A stretch of DNA of 62,105 nt, counting the filler. It is 5 parts of 5 records of this genome, joined end to end, with 100 filler letters (N's around TTAATTAATTAA, not from the genome) between each part and the next. Parts side by side here need not be neighbours in the genome. Positions count along the whole stretch, not along the records: positions 46,788 to 56,310 come from SRR20825010_4865; positions 56,411 to 62,105 come from SRR20825010_4869; 3 more parts are not named here. One strand, written 5' to 3'. The notes beneath the pieces are model-generated. The model was given only the letters and a program-made list of their open reading frames with translations, was not told where the DNA came from and did not search any database. Within the stretch, counting starts at the first letter, position 1. Every line of letters starts with the position of its first letter. The position numbers and the translations under genes were made by a program. This document shows positions 50,919 to 60,938 of the stretch, one piece after another.

Positions 50919-52202
50919 ATGCTCAAAATATATAAAAACCAATTCAAAAAACTGATTTTCAGATATTTTATAGTTTCCACCTTACTGACCAGTTGCAGTT
51001 CCATCAAGAAAACACTCAATTCAAAAATAGCGGACGACAAATTTCAAAATTCTTTCCATGGTTTGGTTGTCGTCGATGCAAGTAGTAGAAAAGAAGTCTA
51101 TAATTTGAACGGGGATAAATACTTTACCCCTGCCAGCAACACTAAGATTGTGACTTTCTATACAGGCCTTAATTTGCTTCCCAAAAACATCCCTACTCTA
51201 AAATATTTGATTGTCAATGACACCGTATTTGTGGAAGGAACTGGTGACCCATCTTGGCTTCACCCTTATTTTAATGACAGTACTGCGGTAAATTGGCTCA
51301 AAAATCAAAAAACCATTGCACTCTACACCAAAAATCATGATGAGCAACGATACGGACCCGGCTGGGCATGGGAAGATTACGACACCTATTTTTCGCCCGA
51401 GAAATCTACGTTGCCACTCTACGGAAATGTAGCTACCATTTCAAACAAAGGTGATTTAGAGGTTTCCCCAAAATATTTTGAAGACCAAACCATGGTAAAG
51501 GACACAACCATAAAAAGAGTGGAGTTCAAAAACCAATTCTATATTTCCCCAATGGAGCAGGACACTTTGGAAGTTCCTTATATGACCAGTGATAGTTTGA
51601 CGAAACATTTATTGGAAATAGCCACGGGAAAAGAGATTTTCTTGACCCAACATTTCCCCGAAGGCGAAAAACAAACATTGTACGGCATTGAAACGGACTC
51701 CATTTATAAAAGAATGTTGTTGAAGAGCGATAATTTTTTGGCGGAACAATTATTGTTGGCAGCGTCGGGAATTGTCTCCGATACCTTGAGCACCCAAAAT
51801 GCCATTGATTATATGTTGGACAATCATTTCAAGGACTTGAAACAGCAACCGCGATGGGTAGATGGTTCCGGGCTTTCCCGATATAATCTGTTTACACCGA
51901 GGTCCTTTGTCCAAATCCTCCAAAAAATGTACGATGAAACCCCGGAAGAACGCCTATTCGGAATTTTTCCGATGTGGGGACCCGAAAATACTGTTGATCA
52001 ATGGGAAGACTCCTCCACAGAGCCTTTTCTATTTGCGAAATCTGGTTCGGTGGGCAACAATTATAATTTAAGTGGCTATGTGAAGACGAAATCGGGCAAA
52101 TTGCTCATCTTCAGTTTTATGAACAACCATTTTAGGGTGCCTTCCAAAGAAGTCAGGCAAACAATGTATGCCACATTAAAAAGTCTTCACAAAAACTACT
52201 GA
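50919..52202 (+). CDS. dacB: D-alanyl-D-alanine carboxypeptidase/endopeptidase (PBP4, peptidase S13)
   Basis: PASNTK (SxxK), KSDN (SxN), DGSGLSRYN and AKSG motifs. Confidence 0.9.
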   Translation: MLKIYKNQFKKLIFRYFIVSTLLTSCSSIKKTLNSKIADDKFQNSFHGLVVVDASSRKEVYNLNGDKYFTPASNTKIVTFYTGLNLLPKNIPTLKYLIVNDTVFVEGTGDPSWLHPYFNDSTAVNWLKNQKTIALYTKNHDEQRYGPGWAWEDYDTYFSPEKSTLPLYGNVATISNKGDLEVSPKYFEDQTMVKDTTIKRVEFKNQFYISPMEQDTLEVPYMTSDSLTKHLLEIATGKEIFLTQHFPEGEKQTLYGIETDSIYKRMLLKSDNFLAEQLLLAASGIVSDTLSTQNAIDYMLDNHFKDLKQQPRWVDGSGLSRYNLFTPRSFVQILQKMYDETPEERLFGIFPMWGPENTVDQWEDSSTEPFLFAKSGSVGNNYNLSGYVKTKSGKLLIFSFMNNHFRVPSKEVRQTMYATLKSLHKNY

Positions 52203-52783
52203 TCAAAAATTCCTTGGATTTGGGCATATTGTAGCAGCATGATGGTTTTGGCATCCCGTATCTCACCAGATTCCACCATGGCAATGGCTTTTTCAAAATC
52301 CAGCTCCAACACCTCAATGTTCTCCGTTTCATCATCCGCACCACCGCCTTCACTTATTTTCATCCCATCTTCGTAGGCCCCTATAAAAAAGTGGAGTATT
52401 TCCGTAACCGAACCCGGTGACATGTAGGATTCAAAAACCTTTTTCACCATATCAATTTTATAGCCAGTTTCTTCCTCGACCTCCATTTTGATGGTCTGCT
52501 CGGCATTGCCCTTTTCCAACAGTCCAGCGCACACCTCGATCATCATCCCATCATCGTTACCGTTTACATATGTGGGCATTCGGAACTGCCTAGTGAGCAC
52601 TACCTTTCCCTTATCAACATTATATAATAAGATAGCGGCACCATTGCCACGGTCATAAGCTTCGCGGGTTTGCTTTTCCCAAACACCATCATCCCGTAAA
52701 TATTCAAAAGAGATTTTCTCAAGCGTGTACCAATTATCCGAAAGCAGCTCCCGCTGCATGTTTCTGATTCTGTCGTTAGCCAA
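52196..52783 (-). CDS. nudK: GDP-mannose pyrophosphatase NudK (Nudix)
   Basis: LLSDNWYTL, REAYDRGNGA, LTRQFR.P, EVEEETG and DAKTIMLLQY motifs. Confidence 0.88.
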   Translation of the reverse strand: MANDRIRNMQRELLSDNWYTLEKISFEYLRDDGVWEKQTREAYDRGNGAAILLYNVDKGKVVLTRQFRMPTYVNGNDDGMMIEVCAGLLEKGNAEQTIKMEVEEETGYKIDMVKKVFESYMSPGSVTEILHFFIGAYEDGMKISEGGGADDETENIEVLELDFEKAIAMVESGEIRDAKTIMLLQYAQIQGIFDQ

Positions 52784-52905
52784 AATGCATAAATTTTTCT
52801 AAATATAATACTAATCCATTTATCCGGATGAATCACTTCTCCTTTTGACACCATCACAATAATGTCGATATTTATGCTTTGATGAAACCGACCAAACCTA
52901 ATAAT

Positions 52906-54462
52906 ATGCGTAAGCCTCTACTTTATCTATTTCTTTTTGCCATTCTGATAAGTTGTGAAAAGAACACTGAAAAAAAACTGCCCCGAATAGCCATTGCAGG
53001 CCTAGGGATTGAATCAAGTACCTTTTCACCCGCCCTAACCCATGAAGAAGCCTTCCATCCCAAAATCGGGGACTCCATATTCAACCGTTATCCTTTTATG
53101 GATGCTGATTCTTCCCTGAGAAAACGGGCCGAATGGGTTCCCACTTTAGTGGGGAAATCATTGCCGGGCGGAACCGTTACCCGTGAAGCCTATGAATCGT
53201 TGGTAGGAAAGACCCTGACCATGCTGGAAGAAAACATGCCCTATGATGGTCTTTTTTTTGATATTCACGGTGCGATGAGTGTTGTTGGATTGGACGACCC
53301 CGAAGGCGACCTCATTAAGAGAATCCGTGAAGTGGTCGGTACTGATGTGTTGATTTCCACTTCCATGGACCTGCACGGAAATGTTTCGAAACGATTGGCT
53401 CAGCATTCTGATTTGATTACTTGTTACCGTATGGCTCCCCATGAGGATGCCACGGAATCACGTAAAAGAGCCGTGGAAAACTTGGTCACTAGATTGGAAA
53501 ACGGAAAAGGCAAACCAAAATATAAAGCGTGGGTTCCCGTACCCATCTTGCTCCCGGGAGAAAAAACGAGTACCCGAGTGGAGCCCGGGAAAAGTCTGTA
53601 CGCCCAAGTGCCCGAAGTAGAACAAAAAGAAGGTGTGATCGATGCTGCCATTTGGATTGGCTACGCCTGGGCGGATGAGCCTCGAAACCATGCCGTGGTC
53701 ATGGTGACCGGTGATGATCAAAAACAAGTGACCGAAGGGGCGGAAAAACTGGCCAGTAGTTTTTGGGATGTACGCGAGGAGTTTGAATTTGTTGCTCCAA
53801 CCAAACCTTACGACGAAGCTTTGGAAATTGCACTGGCAAGCGACAAAAAACCATTTATGTTGAGCGATATGGGCGACAACCCCACCGCAGGTGGTGCTGG
53901 CGACGTCACTTGGACCTTGACAGAACTTTTAAAACGTAAAGAATTCCATGTGCCAGATGGCAAATCTTTGATTTACGCATCCATTCCAGGGCCCAAATTG
54001 GTTGAGGAAGCTCTAAAAGTTGGAATTGGTGGAGAAGTTAGTGCTCCAGTAGGCGCTGAAATAGATGACCGATACGCTTCGCCTTTAGAATTGATGGGGG
54101 AAGTGACCGCCATAAAACATGGCGACGTTCATGCGGAGACCGAGGTCGTGGTAAAAGTGGACAATGCTCATATCATCGTGACAAAAAAGAGGAAACCATA
54201 CCACAGAAAATCGGATTTCACCAACTTGGAACTTACCCCGAGTGAAACCGATATCATCGTGGTAAAAATTGGCTATTTGGTACCCGAACTGTACAACATG
54301 CGTGGCGACTGGATCATGATGTTGACTCCCGGCGGCGTAGATCAAGACTTGGAGCGTTTGGGGCATAAAAGAATCATTAGGCCCATGTTTCCGTACGATA
54401 AGGATATGGAACGTCCCGACCTATCCGCACGTTTGATCCAGGCTTCGGATGAACTTGACTAA
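52906..54462 (+). CDS. M81 family metallopeptidase (MlrC-like), lipoprotein
   Basis: Lipobox LISC, ESSTF, DIHGAM, DLHGN, YR.APH.D and DMGDNP motifs. Confidence 0.85.
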   Translation: MRKPLLYLFLFAILISCEKNTEKKLPRIAIAGLGIESSTFSPALTHEEAFHPKIGDSIFNRYPFMDADSSLRKRAEWVPTLVGKSLPGGTVTREAYESLVGKTLTMLEENMPYDGLFFDIHGAMSVVGLDDPEGDLIKRIREVVGTDVLISTSMDLHGNVSKRLAQHSDLITCYRMAPHEDATESRKRAVENLVTRLENGKGKPKYKAWVPVPILLPGEKTSTRVEPGKSLYAQVPEVEQKEGVIDAAIWIGYAWADEPRNHAVVMVTGDDQKQVTEGAEKLASSFWDVREEFEFVAPTKPYDEALEIALASDKKPFMLSDMGDNPTAGGAGDVTWTLTELLKRKEFHVPDGKSLIYASIPGPKLVEEALKVGIGGEVSAPVGAEIDDRYASPLELMGEVTAIKHGDVHAETEVVVKVDNAHIIVTKKRKPYHRKSDFTNLELTPSETDIIVVKIGYLVPELYNMRGDWIMMLTPGGVDQDLERLGHKRIIRPMFPYDKDMERPDLSARLIQASDELD

Positions 54463-55112
54463 ACAGTTACAGCTTGATTTAAATATTGCCTAAAGGGAAG
54501 CATTTCCTTGTATACGGCAACGATTTTTTCCTTGAAATCATCGCTGAGGACGTCGGCTCTGGTCAATTGATATTCCACAGCGAATGTTTTGTTGCGCAGC
54601 AATTCGATATACGGGTGGTCGTTGGAAAACCCTTTGGGCGATGACACCAGTTTTTCATCATCGTAGAGTCCACCGAACATTTTTTTGAAGGATGGTTTGT
54701 CCAAAATCTTTTGCAACTCTTCACCATTATAATCGATGGCATCGCGGATACTGCGCAGCGTTTTGGAATCGGGCCGCCAGCGACCACCTGCCAACAAGCA
54801 GTGCTTTAGTCCAATTTCGATATAAAAATCGGCAGAATTGGGGGCTTTGTCCAAACCTGCCCCAAAATGGTCTTTGTAGATGGGCTTGTTAGGGTGGAAC
54901 ATCAAATTATTGTTGACACGATTGATGCCTTTTTTGCCGGGAGTTGGGTAATAATCATCATGGAGCTGGGCCATTGTCATATCCAAATCGTCCAGCCAAG
55001 CGATGAAGTCGTTGCGGAGGGATTTGTACCATTTACGGTTCGCATCCATCCATTCCTTGTTGTTGTTTTGTTGCAATTCTTCCAGAAAGTGGAACAGGTC
55101 ATTGAAATTCAT
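54459..55112 (-). CDS. DUF2461 domain protein
   Basis: L..NNNKEW, K..YK.H, IRDAID and PKGF..DHP.IELLR.K motifs. Confidence 0.85.
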   Translation of the reverse strand: MNFNDLFHFLEELQQNNNKEWMDANRKWYKSLRNDFIAWLDDLDMTMAQLHDDYYPTPGKKGINRVNNNLMFHPNKPIYKDHFGAGLDKAPNSADFYIEIGLKHCLLAGGRWRPDSKTLRSIRDAIDYNGEELQKILDKPSFKKMFGGLYDDEKLVSSPKGFSNDHPYIELLRNKTFAVEYQLTRADVLSDDFKEKIVAVYKEMLPFRQYLNQAVTV

Positions 55113-55164
55113 GGATTGCTTGATGTTGGATGTTGGATGCTCGTTGTTAAAAGTCTTTAATGGT
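55113..55164. repeat. Left arm: tandem heptamer array plus inner inverted repeat
   Basis: GGATTGC-TTGATGT-TGGATGT-TGGATGC-TCGTTGT followed by TAAAAGTCTTTAATGGT. Confidence 0.75.
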
Positions 55165-55170
55165 GTGAAG

Positions 55171-55533
55171 CTATATCTTGTTTCGAAAAGCTATAATCAT
55201 GTTCATTAACCTGAAACAACAATCATATAATTTTTCAAATTCTCTATCGGAAATATATGTCCTATTACTGGCCTTATACAAACAAGTCACCACTTCTGCC
55301 AGTGAACGCACAGAATAACCCAGAAACTTTCTAAACTCAAGCTTTGATTGAACGATGGAACCTTCAGAAATATTAAGGGCCACCGAATCTGCTGCTCGAC
55401 AAATTTGGGATGATAAGTTATATGCTTCTTTCTTGGGGAAATCATCGGCAATCAAGTTTATTTGTTCTCCCAAATTCATGGCGTCCTGCCATATATGTAG
55501 TTTTTCAAATTTAAACTTCGCTTTTTCAACCAT
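55171..55533 (-). CDS. Four-helix-bundle protein (23S rRNA IVS protein/TIGR02436 family)
   Basis: FKFEKL.IWQ.A, FPK.E.Y.L.SQI.RAADSV.LNISEG and SL.EV motifs. Confidence 0.92.
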   Translation of the reverse strand: MVEKAKFKFEKLHIWQDAMNLGEQINLIADDFPKKEAYNLSSQICRAADSVALNISEGSIVQSKLEFRKFLGYSVRSLAEVVTCLYKASNRTYISDREFEKLYDCCFRLMNMIIAFRNKI

Positions 55534-55603
55534 ATTAAATCTTTTGAACAATGGACATTTTGCATCAAGCACCTAACATCGAGCACCAAACCTCCTGCAA
55601 CTT
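55529..55603. repeat. Right arm: inner inverted repeat plus tandem heptamer array, inverted relative to the left arm
   Basis: ACCATATTAAATCTTTTGA followed by ACAATGG-ACATTTT-GCATCAA-GCACCTA-ACATCGA-GCACCAA-ACCTCCT-GCAACTT. Confidence 0.75.
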
Positions 55604-56310
55604 AAAACCTATTATCACCATCGAGCAAATCACCAAGACCGCCCAAGATACTACCTTCACCTTTATCTTTTCCACCACCACGGGGTGCAGCGGCCCAAAC
55701 TCGGCTGGCCAATCTACTAAATGGCAAGGATTGTATATAAACGGTTCCAGGACCGCGAAGCGTTGCAAAGAAAAGTCCTTCACCTCCGAAAACAGAATTT
55801 CGGATACCTCCTATGAATTCGATATTATAATCCACGGTTTGGGAGAATCCGACGATACAACCGGTATCTACTTTTAACACCTCTCCCGGAGCCAGCACCT
55901 TTTTGGCCATGGTTCCGCCTGCATGCACGAAGGCCATTCCGTCGCCTTCCAATTTTTGCATAATGAAGCCTTCACCACCAAAAAAACCGCGTCCCAAACG
56001 TTTGGAGAATTCGATGCCTACGGAAACGCCTTTGGCGGCGCACAGAAATGCATCTTTTTGACAGATGAACTTTCCTCCTTTTTCAGATAGGTCGATGGGC
56101 ACAATTTTACCGGGATAAGGCGAAGCAAAGCTTACTTGTTTTTTTCCTTGACCAATGTTCAAAAAAGCGGTCATAAAAAGGCTTTCGCCAGTGAGCAAAC
56201 GCTTCCCGGCAGAGAACAATTTGCCCAAAACCCCCGTATCTTGATTGGAACCATCACCGAAAATGGTGTCCATTTTAATATCGGAATCCATCATCATAAA
56301 ACTGCCTGCT
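55602..56310 (-). CDS. TIGR00266/AIM24 family protein, 5'-truncated
   Basis: LTGESLF, CQKDAFL, FFGGEGFIMQ, VDTGC and GPG.V.IQSLP motifs. Confidence 0.88.
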
Positions 56311-56410
56311 NNNNNNNNNNNNNNNNNNNNNNNNNNNNNNNNNNNNNNNNNNNNTTAATTAATTAANNNNNNNNNNNNNNNNNNNNNNNNNNNNNNNNNN
56401 NNNNNNNNNN
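56311..56410. other. Artificial contig linker
   Basis: N44-TTAATTAATTAA-N44. Confidence 0.98.
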
Positions 56411-57141
56411 CTACCAATTTCAATCATATCAGGCAAAATGGTATGCTCGGTACCTCCAAGTTTCTTAACTCCTTCAATAGTAAGTAAGTTAGAACCAACG
56501 CCTGTTATTTTAGCGCCCATTCTATTTAGCATATTACACAGCTGCTGTAAATAAGGCTCACAAGCAGCATTGTAAATGGTAGTTGTACCTTCTGCAAGTA
56601 CCGCTGCCATAACTATATTTGCAGTACCGGTTACAGAAGCTTCATCTAAAAGCATATATGTCCCTTTTAGTCTTTTGGCTTCTACTCCATAGAAATACTC
56701 CTCTCGATTGTATCTAAATTTTGCGCCTAACTTTATAAAACCTTCAAAATGTGTATCTAGTCTTCTTCGTCCAATTTTATCTCCTCCTGGTTTTGGAATG
56801 TATCCTTTACCAAAACGTGCTAATAATGGCCCAACAATCATAATGGATCCACGTAAGCCGCGACCATCTTTTTTAAATTGTTCCGATTGTAAATATTCTA
56901 AATGAAGATCATCTGAAACAAAAGTATAAGAAGAAACTCCTATTTTTTGAATCTTAACGCCTAAGTTTTCTAGAAGCTCAATAAGTTTATTGACATCTAT
57001 TATATTTGGAATATTGTGTATGGTAACTTTCTCGTCGGTAAGTAAAACAGCACAAAGTATTTGCAATGCTTCATTTTTTGCACCTTGTGGAGTGATCTCT
57101 CCTTTTAATTGAGCTCCACCTTCTATTTTAAATGTTCCCAT
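56411..57141 (-). CDS. murA: UDP-N-acetylglucosamine 1-carboxyvinyltransferase, 3'-truncated
   Basis: [33 protein letters not shown] and PDMIE motifs. Confidence 0.95.
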
Positions 57142-57159
57142 GTAAAATTTAGTATGCTT

Positions 57160-57816
57160 TTAGTATCGTTTTTTACTTCTTCCTTTATTGTTATTGTTAT
57201 GGTGTTTTCTAGTATTTGTAGTTCTAGACTTACTATTTGTAGGCCTACTACGTACTAAATTTTTACTTTCTGTAAGATCTTCATCAAACCTTGCTAAGTT
57301 AATTTTACCATCACTCAATTCATATAAATGATTAAAAATAGCTTTATCTTCCACCGTATCTTTGTTCCAATTAAGGTAACTTTTTTTCATGTGGTTTGCT
57401 ATGGTAAACTTTAGTGCATCTTTCAACTCTCCCTCTTCCCAGCTTATACAAACATCTATCATCCGCTTAATATTATTTCCATAGAAACGATATTTAGGAT
57501 GGTTTTGTGGATATTCTAAAGGCTGTGGGCGCTCTTCCAACAATTCTCGTGTTGGTTTTGGGTATGGTGAATCTGCATCCAATTTAAAATCAGAAATTAT
57601 AAATAACTGATCCCATAGTTTATGCTGAAAATCTGAAACGTCTCTAAGATGCGGATTCAAATTCCCCATCACTCCAATAATAGCTTGCGCTACTTTGTTT
57701 CGTTCTTCTCTATCTTCAATTGAAACGGCATAATCTACCATTTTCTGTATATGACGTCCATATTCAGGAATAATTAGTTTAGGACGTTCGCTGTTGTATT
57801 CTATATTTTCAACCAA
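57160..57816 (-). CDS. DUF4290 domain protein
   Basis: EYNSER..L..PEYGR.IQ, HKLWD.L and IANHMKK.YL.WNKD motifs. Lies directly upstream of murA. Confidence 0.85.
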   Translation of the reverse strand: MVENIEYNSERPKLIIPEYGRHIQKMVDYAVSIEDREERNKVAQAIIGVMGNLNPHLRDVSDFQHKLWDQLFIISDFKLDADSPYPKPTRELLEERPQPLEYPQNHPKYRFYGNNIKRMIDVCISWEEGELKDALKFTIANHMKKSYLNWNKDTVEDKAIFNHLYELSDGKINLARFDEDLTESKNLVRSRPTNSKSRTTNTRKHHNNNNKGRSKKRY

Positions 57817-57912
57817 AATTAAAATGATATTATTTAAAATGAAGTATAAAGATGCTTCAATACATCTTTATTGTTATGCAAAATAACAAATTTTATGGTG
57901 TATTAAAGAAAT

Positions 57913-58209
57913 TTATAAAGAAATAACTCCTTCTACTGCACTAACTTCTTTGTATTTGTGTATTACGGCATCAGAACTATCTAAATTCACTTCAATAGAT
58001 AAGCTTGTATATTTTCCGTTTGATGAAGTTTTTGTTTTTATAACCGCCCCAGTATTGTCAAAAATAGTTTCTATTTGCTTGATTTTCTCATCACTAGTTG
58101 GCACAATAAATTTATAAAGATATAACGCTGGCCAAGTGGTTGTTCTATCCAACTCCACTTTTAGTCTCTCATAAAATTCTTCTACTTCTTTTTTATCTTT
58201 CTCTTGCAT
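57913..58209 (-). CDS. DUF493 (YbeD-like) protein
   Basis: WP..Y.YKFIVP, SSNGKYTS and GVISL motifs. Confidence 0.85.
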   Translation of the reverse strand: MQEKDKKEVEEFYERLKVELDRTTTWPALYLYKFIVPTSDEKIKQIETIFDNTGAVIKTKTSSNGKYTSLSIEVNLDSSDAVIHKYKEVSAVEGVISL

Positions 58210-58415
58210 TTTCTATCTCTTTTCTGCAAAGATAGGATTTACGAATCAATTTTTTAATTCCGATATCATTTAGTTATTTTGCTCTTTAGAAATCAACTCC
58301 CTTAGGGCAAGCCTAGAGGTAGTTAAACAAAGGAAATTTAACTTATTTCGACTTAAAGCCCTTCCATAAACTCAGGAAAGCTTTGAAAAAATATACCTCT
58401 ATGAGGGATTTAATT

Positions 58416-58952
58416 ATGAGTACAAACAAAAAAATAGTTATTACTGGAGGTCCAGGAACTGGAAAAACATCTATAATTGATTTTTTAAAAGAAAATGGAC
58501 ATCAGTGTTTATTAGAAATTTCTAGACAAGTTACCTTAGAAGCACAAGCTCAAGGCATTGAACAGCTTTTTCTTACCGACCCACTATTGTTCAGTAATAA
58601 ATTACTAGAAGGACGTATAAATCAGCATAAAGAATCTGAAATCCTTTCTGGAACTATTTTTTTTGACCGTGGAATTCCAGATGTTGTTGCCTATATGGAT
58701 TATGCAGAAGACAATTATCCTTCTTATTTTAAGGAAGCTTGCTTGAATTACCGGTATCATCAAATATTTTTACTCCCTCCTTGGGAAGCAATTTATACTT
58801 CTGATAACGAGCGGTATGAAAATTTTGAGCAAGCAACCGAGATCTATCATCATCTAAAAAAGACATATTTAGATAGCGGATACGAGCTTTTAGAAGTTCC
58901 TCAAGGAAGTATTTCGGAAAGAGCTAACTTTGTATTAAATAATCTTCGGTAA
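58416..58952 (+). CDS. AAA-family ATPase (NadR/AAA_28-like)
   Basis: ITGGPGTGKT (Walker A), FFDRGIPD and PPW..IY..D.ER.E motifs. Confidence 0.82.
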   Translation: MSTNKKIVITGGPGTGKTSIIDFLKENGHQCLLEISRQVTLEAQAQGIEQLFLTDPLLFSNKLLEGRINQHKESEILSGTIFFDRGIPDVVAYMDYAEDNYPSYFKEACLNYRYHQIFLLPPWEAIYTSDNERYENFEQATEIYHHLKKTYLDSGYELLEVPQGSISERANFVLNNLR

Positions 58953-58964
58953 AATAGCTTATAA

Positions 58965-60872
58965 ATGGAGTCGAGAAAAAGTCCTCATGAGGTTTTAAAA
59001 AAATATTGGGGTTTTTCTTCATTTAGAGAACCACAAGAACAAATTATTCAGCAAGCTTTAGACAAAAAAGATTCTTTAGTTTTATTACCTACAGGAGGCG
59101 GAAAATCGGTTTGTTTTCAAGTTCCAGCGCTTATTAATGACGGAATTTGCATTGTAGTTTCTCCTTTAATTGCCCTAATAAAAGACCAAGTAAATGCTTT
59201 AAAAGACAAAGGAATTAAAGCTATTGCTCTAACCAGCGGATTAAAATATACAGAAGTAGATTCGCTTCTTGATAATTGTATCTACGGAAATTATAAATTT
59301 TTATACCTCTCTCCAGAACGCCTTCAACAAGATTTGGTTCAAGAACGTATTAAAGCAATGAATGTTAATTTAATTGCTATAGATGAAGCGCATTGTATTT
59401 CTCAATGGGGAAACGATTTTAGACCCGCCTATAGAAATACGGCAGTTTTAAAAGAGCTTTTACCAGAAACTCCAGTAATGGCACTTACTGCTTCGGCTAC
59501 AAAAATGGTTGCTGAAGACATTATTGAAAATCTTCATCTGAAGAATCCAATTACCATAAAAAAATCATTTAAAAGAGAGAATATATCGTATCGTGTATAC
59601 CACTCTGAAGATAAAATTTCTAAACTAGAACAGCTCCTTAAGGAAAATACCGGCGCAGCAATTGTTTATGCAGGCACAAGAAGAACAACCGTAGAAACAA
59701 GCGAAATACTTAATAAAGTAGGAATAAGCGCTACTTTTTTCCACGGAGGGATTTCTAATACCGAAAAAAATAAAAAGCTCGACGCTTGGCTAAACAACCA
59801 AACTAGAGTAATGGTTGCCACAAATGCTTTTGGAATGGGAATAGACAAAGCAGATGTTGGAGTTGTAGCGCATCTTGATTTTCCAGATTCTTTAGAAAGT
59901 TATTATCAAGAAGCAGGACGAGCGGGAAGAAATGGAGAAAAAGCCATTGCCGTAATTATAAAAAATCAAAGCGATGAAGAAAGTCTTAAAAATCAATTTA
60001 TAAAAACATTACCTAGTGTTGATTTTATAAAACTGCTGTACAAAAAGCTAAACAATTATTTTCAAATTTCATACGGAGAGGGTTCAAATCAAACGTATCC
60101 TTTAAATTTTAATTTGTTTTGCCACACCTACAAACTCAATTTACGGATTGCCTATAACGGACTCAAAATGCTCGATAGGCATTCTGTTATTTCATTATTA
60201 GAAACCCACTTAAAAAAGACAACTGTACAGTTTATTGTAACCAATTCTCAATTATTCTATTATTTAGACCAAAATCCTTCTGTAGAAAAAATAGTACAAC
60301 ATATACTAAGAACCTACGGTGGAATTTTTGACTTACCAACCAATATTAATCCGCTTGCAATTGCAAAAAAAATTGGCACCTTCGAGCAAAAAATCTTGGA
60401 TGTTCTTACACAATTACAAAAAGATAACATTATTACGCTTGAAGGATCTGACACAGATGCCACAATAACATTTTTAGTTCCGCGAGAAGACGACAAAACA
60501 ATAAACGTTATTAGCAAGCTTATAACACAACAAAACGAACTTAAAACCCAGCAAATTACGCAGGTTTTAAGGTATGTTAATAACGACAAAGTTTGTAAAA
60601 GTATTCAACTCCTTACCTACTTTGATGAAAAAGTAAATGAATCCTGTGGTATTTGCTCGGTTTGTTTACAAAAGAAAAGTAAGATTTCTTCGGATGTTTT
60701 ATCTATTGCCAAAGAAGAAGTTTTAAAATGCTTAAAAAAAGCGCCACTTAGCTCTAAGGAATTATTAGAAAACATCACTTTTAAAGAAATGTATGTTCTT
60801 GAAGCCTTAAAAGAACTTTCTTCAGAAGAAATTATAAGTGTAAACCAAATTAATCAATATTACATTCTGTAG
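58965..60872 (+). CDS. recQ: RecQ-family ATP-dependent DNA helicase
   Basis: PTGGGKS, DEAHCISQWG.DFRP.Y, ALTASAT, ATNAFGMGIDK, QEAGRAGR and the CGICSVC zinc motif. Confidence 0.93.
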   Translation: MESRKSPHEVLKKYWGFSSFREPQEQIIQQALDKKDSLVLLPTGGGKSVCFQVPALINDGICIVVSPLIALIKDQVNALKDKGIKAIALTSGLKYTEVDSLLDNCIYGNYKFLYLSPERLQQDLVQERIKAMNVNLIAIDEAHCISQWGNDFRPAYRNTAVLKELLPETPVMALTASATKMVAEDIIENLHLKNPITIKKSFKRENISYRVYHSEDKISKLEQLLKENTGAAIVYAGTRRTTVETSEILNKVGISATFFHGGISNTEKNKKLDAWLNNQTRVMVATNAFGMGIDKADVGVVAHLDFPDSLESYYQEAGRAGRNGEKAIAVIIKNQSDEESLKNQFIKTLPSVDFIKLLYKKLNNYFQISYGEGSNQTYPLNFNLFCHTYKLNLRIAYNGLKMLDRHSVISLLETHLKKTTVQFIVTNSQLFYYLDQNPSVEKIVQHILRTYGGIFDLPTNINPLAIAKKIGTFEQKILDVLTQLQKDNIITLEGSDTDATITFLVPREDDKTINVISKLITQQNELKTQQITQVLRYVNNDKVCKSIQLLTYFDEKVNESCGICSVCLQKKSKISSDVLSIAKEEVLKCLKKAPLSSKELLENITFKEMYVLEALKELSSEEIISVNQINQYYIL

Positions 60873-60938
60873 AGAATCCCTCTCAAAATTTCTTAATAAT
60901 CTCAGTATCTTTGACACTAAATTTTCAGAATAGATATT

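Noticed and set aside
55113-55603. CRISPR array or DGR interpretation of the repeats and the Avd-like protein
   Set aside because: The units are 7 bp with no spacers, and there is no cas gene, reverse transcriptase or TR/VR pair in the contig.
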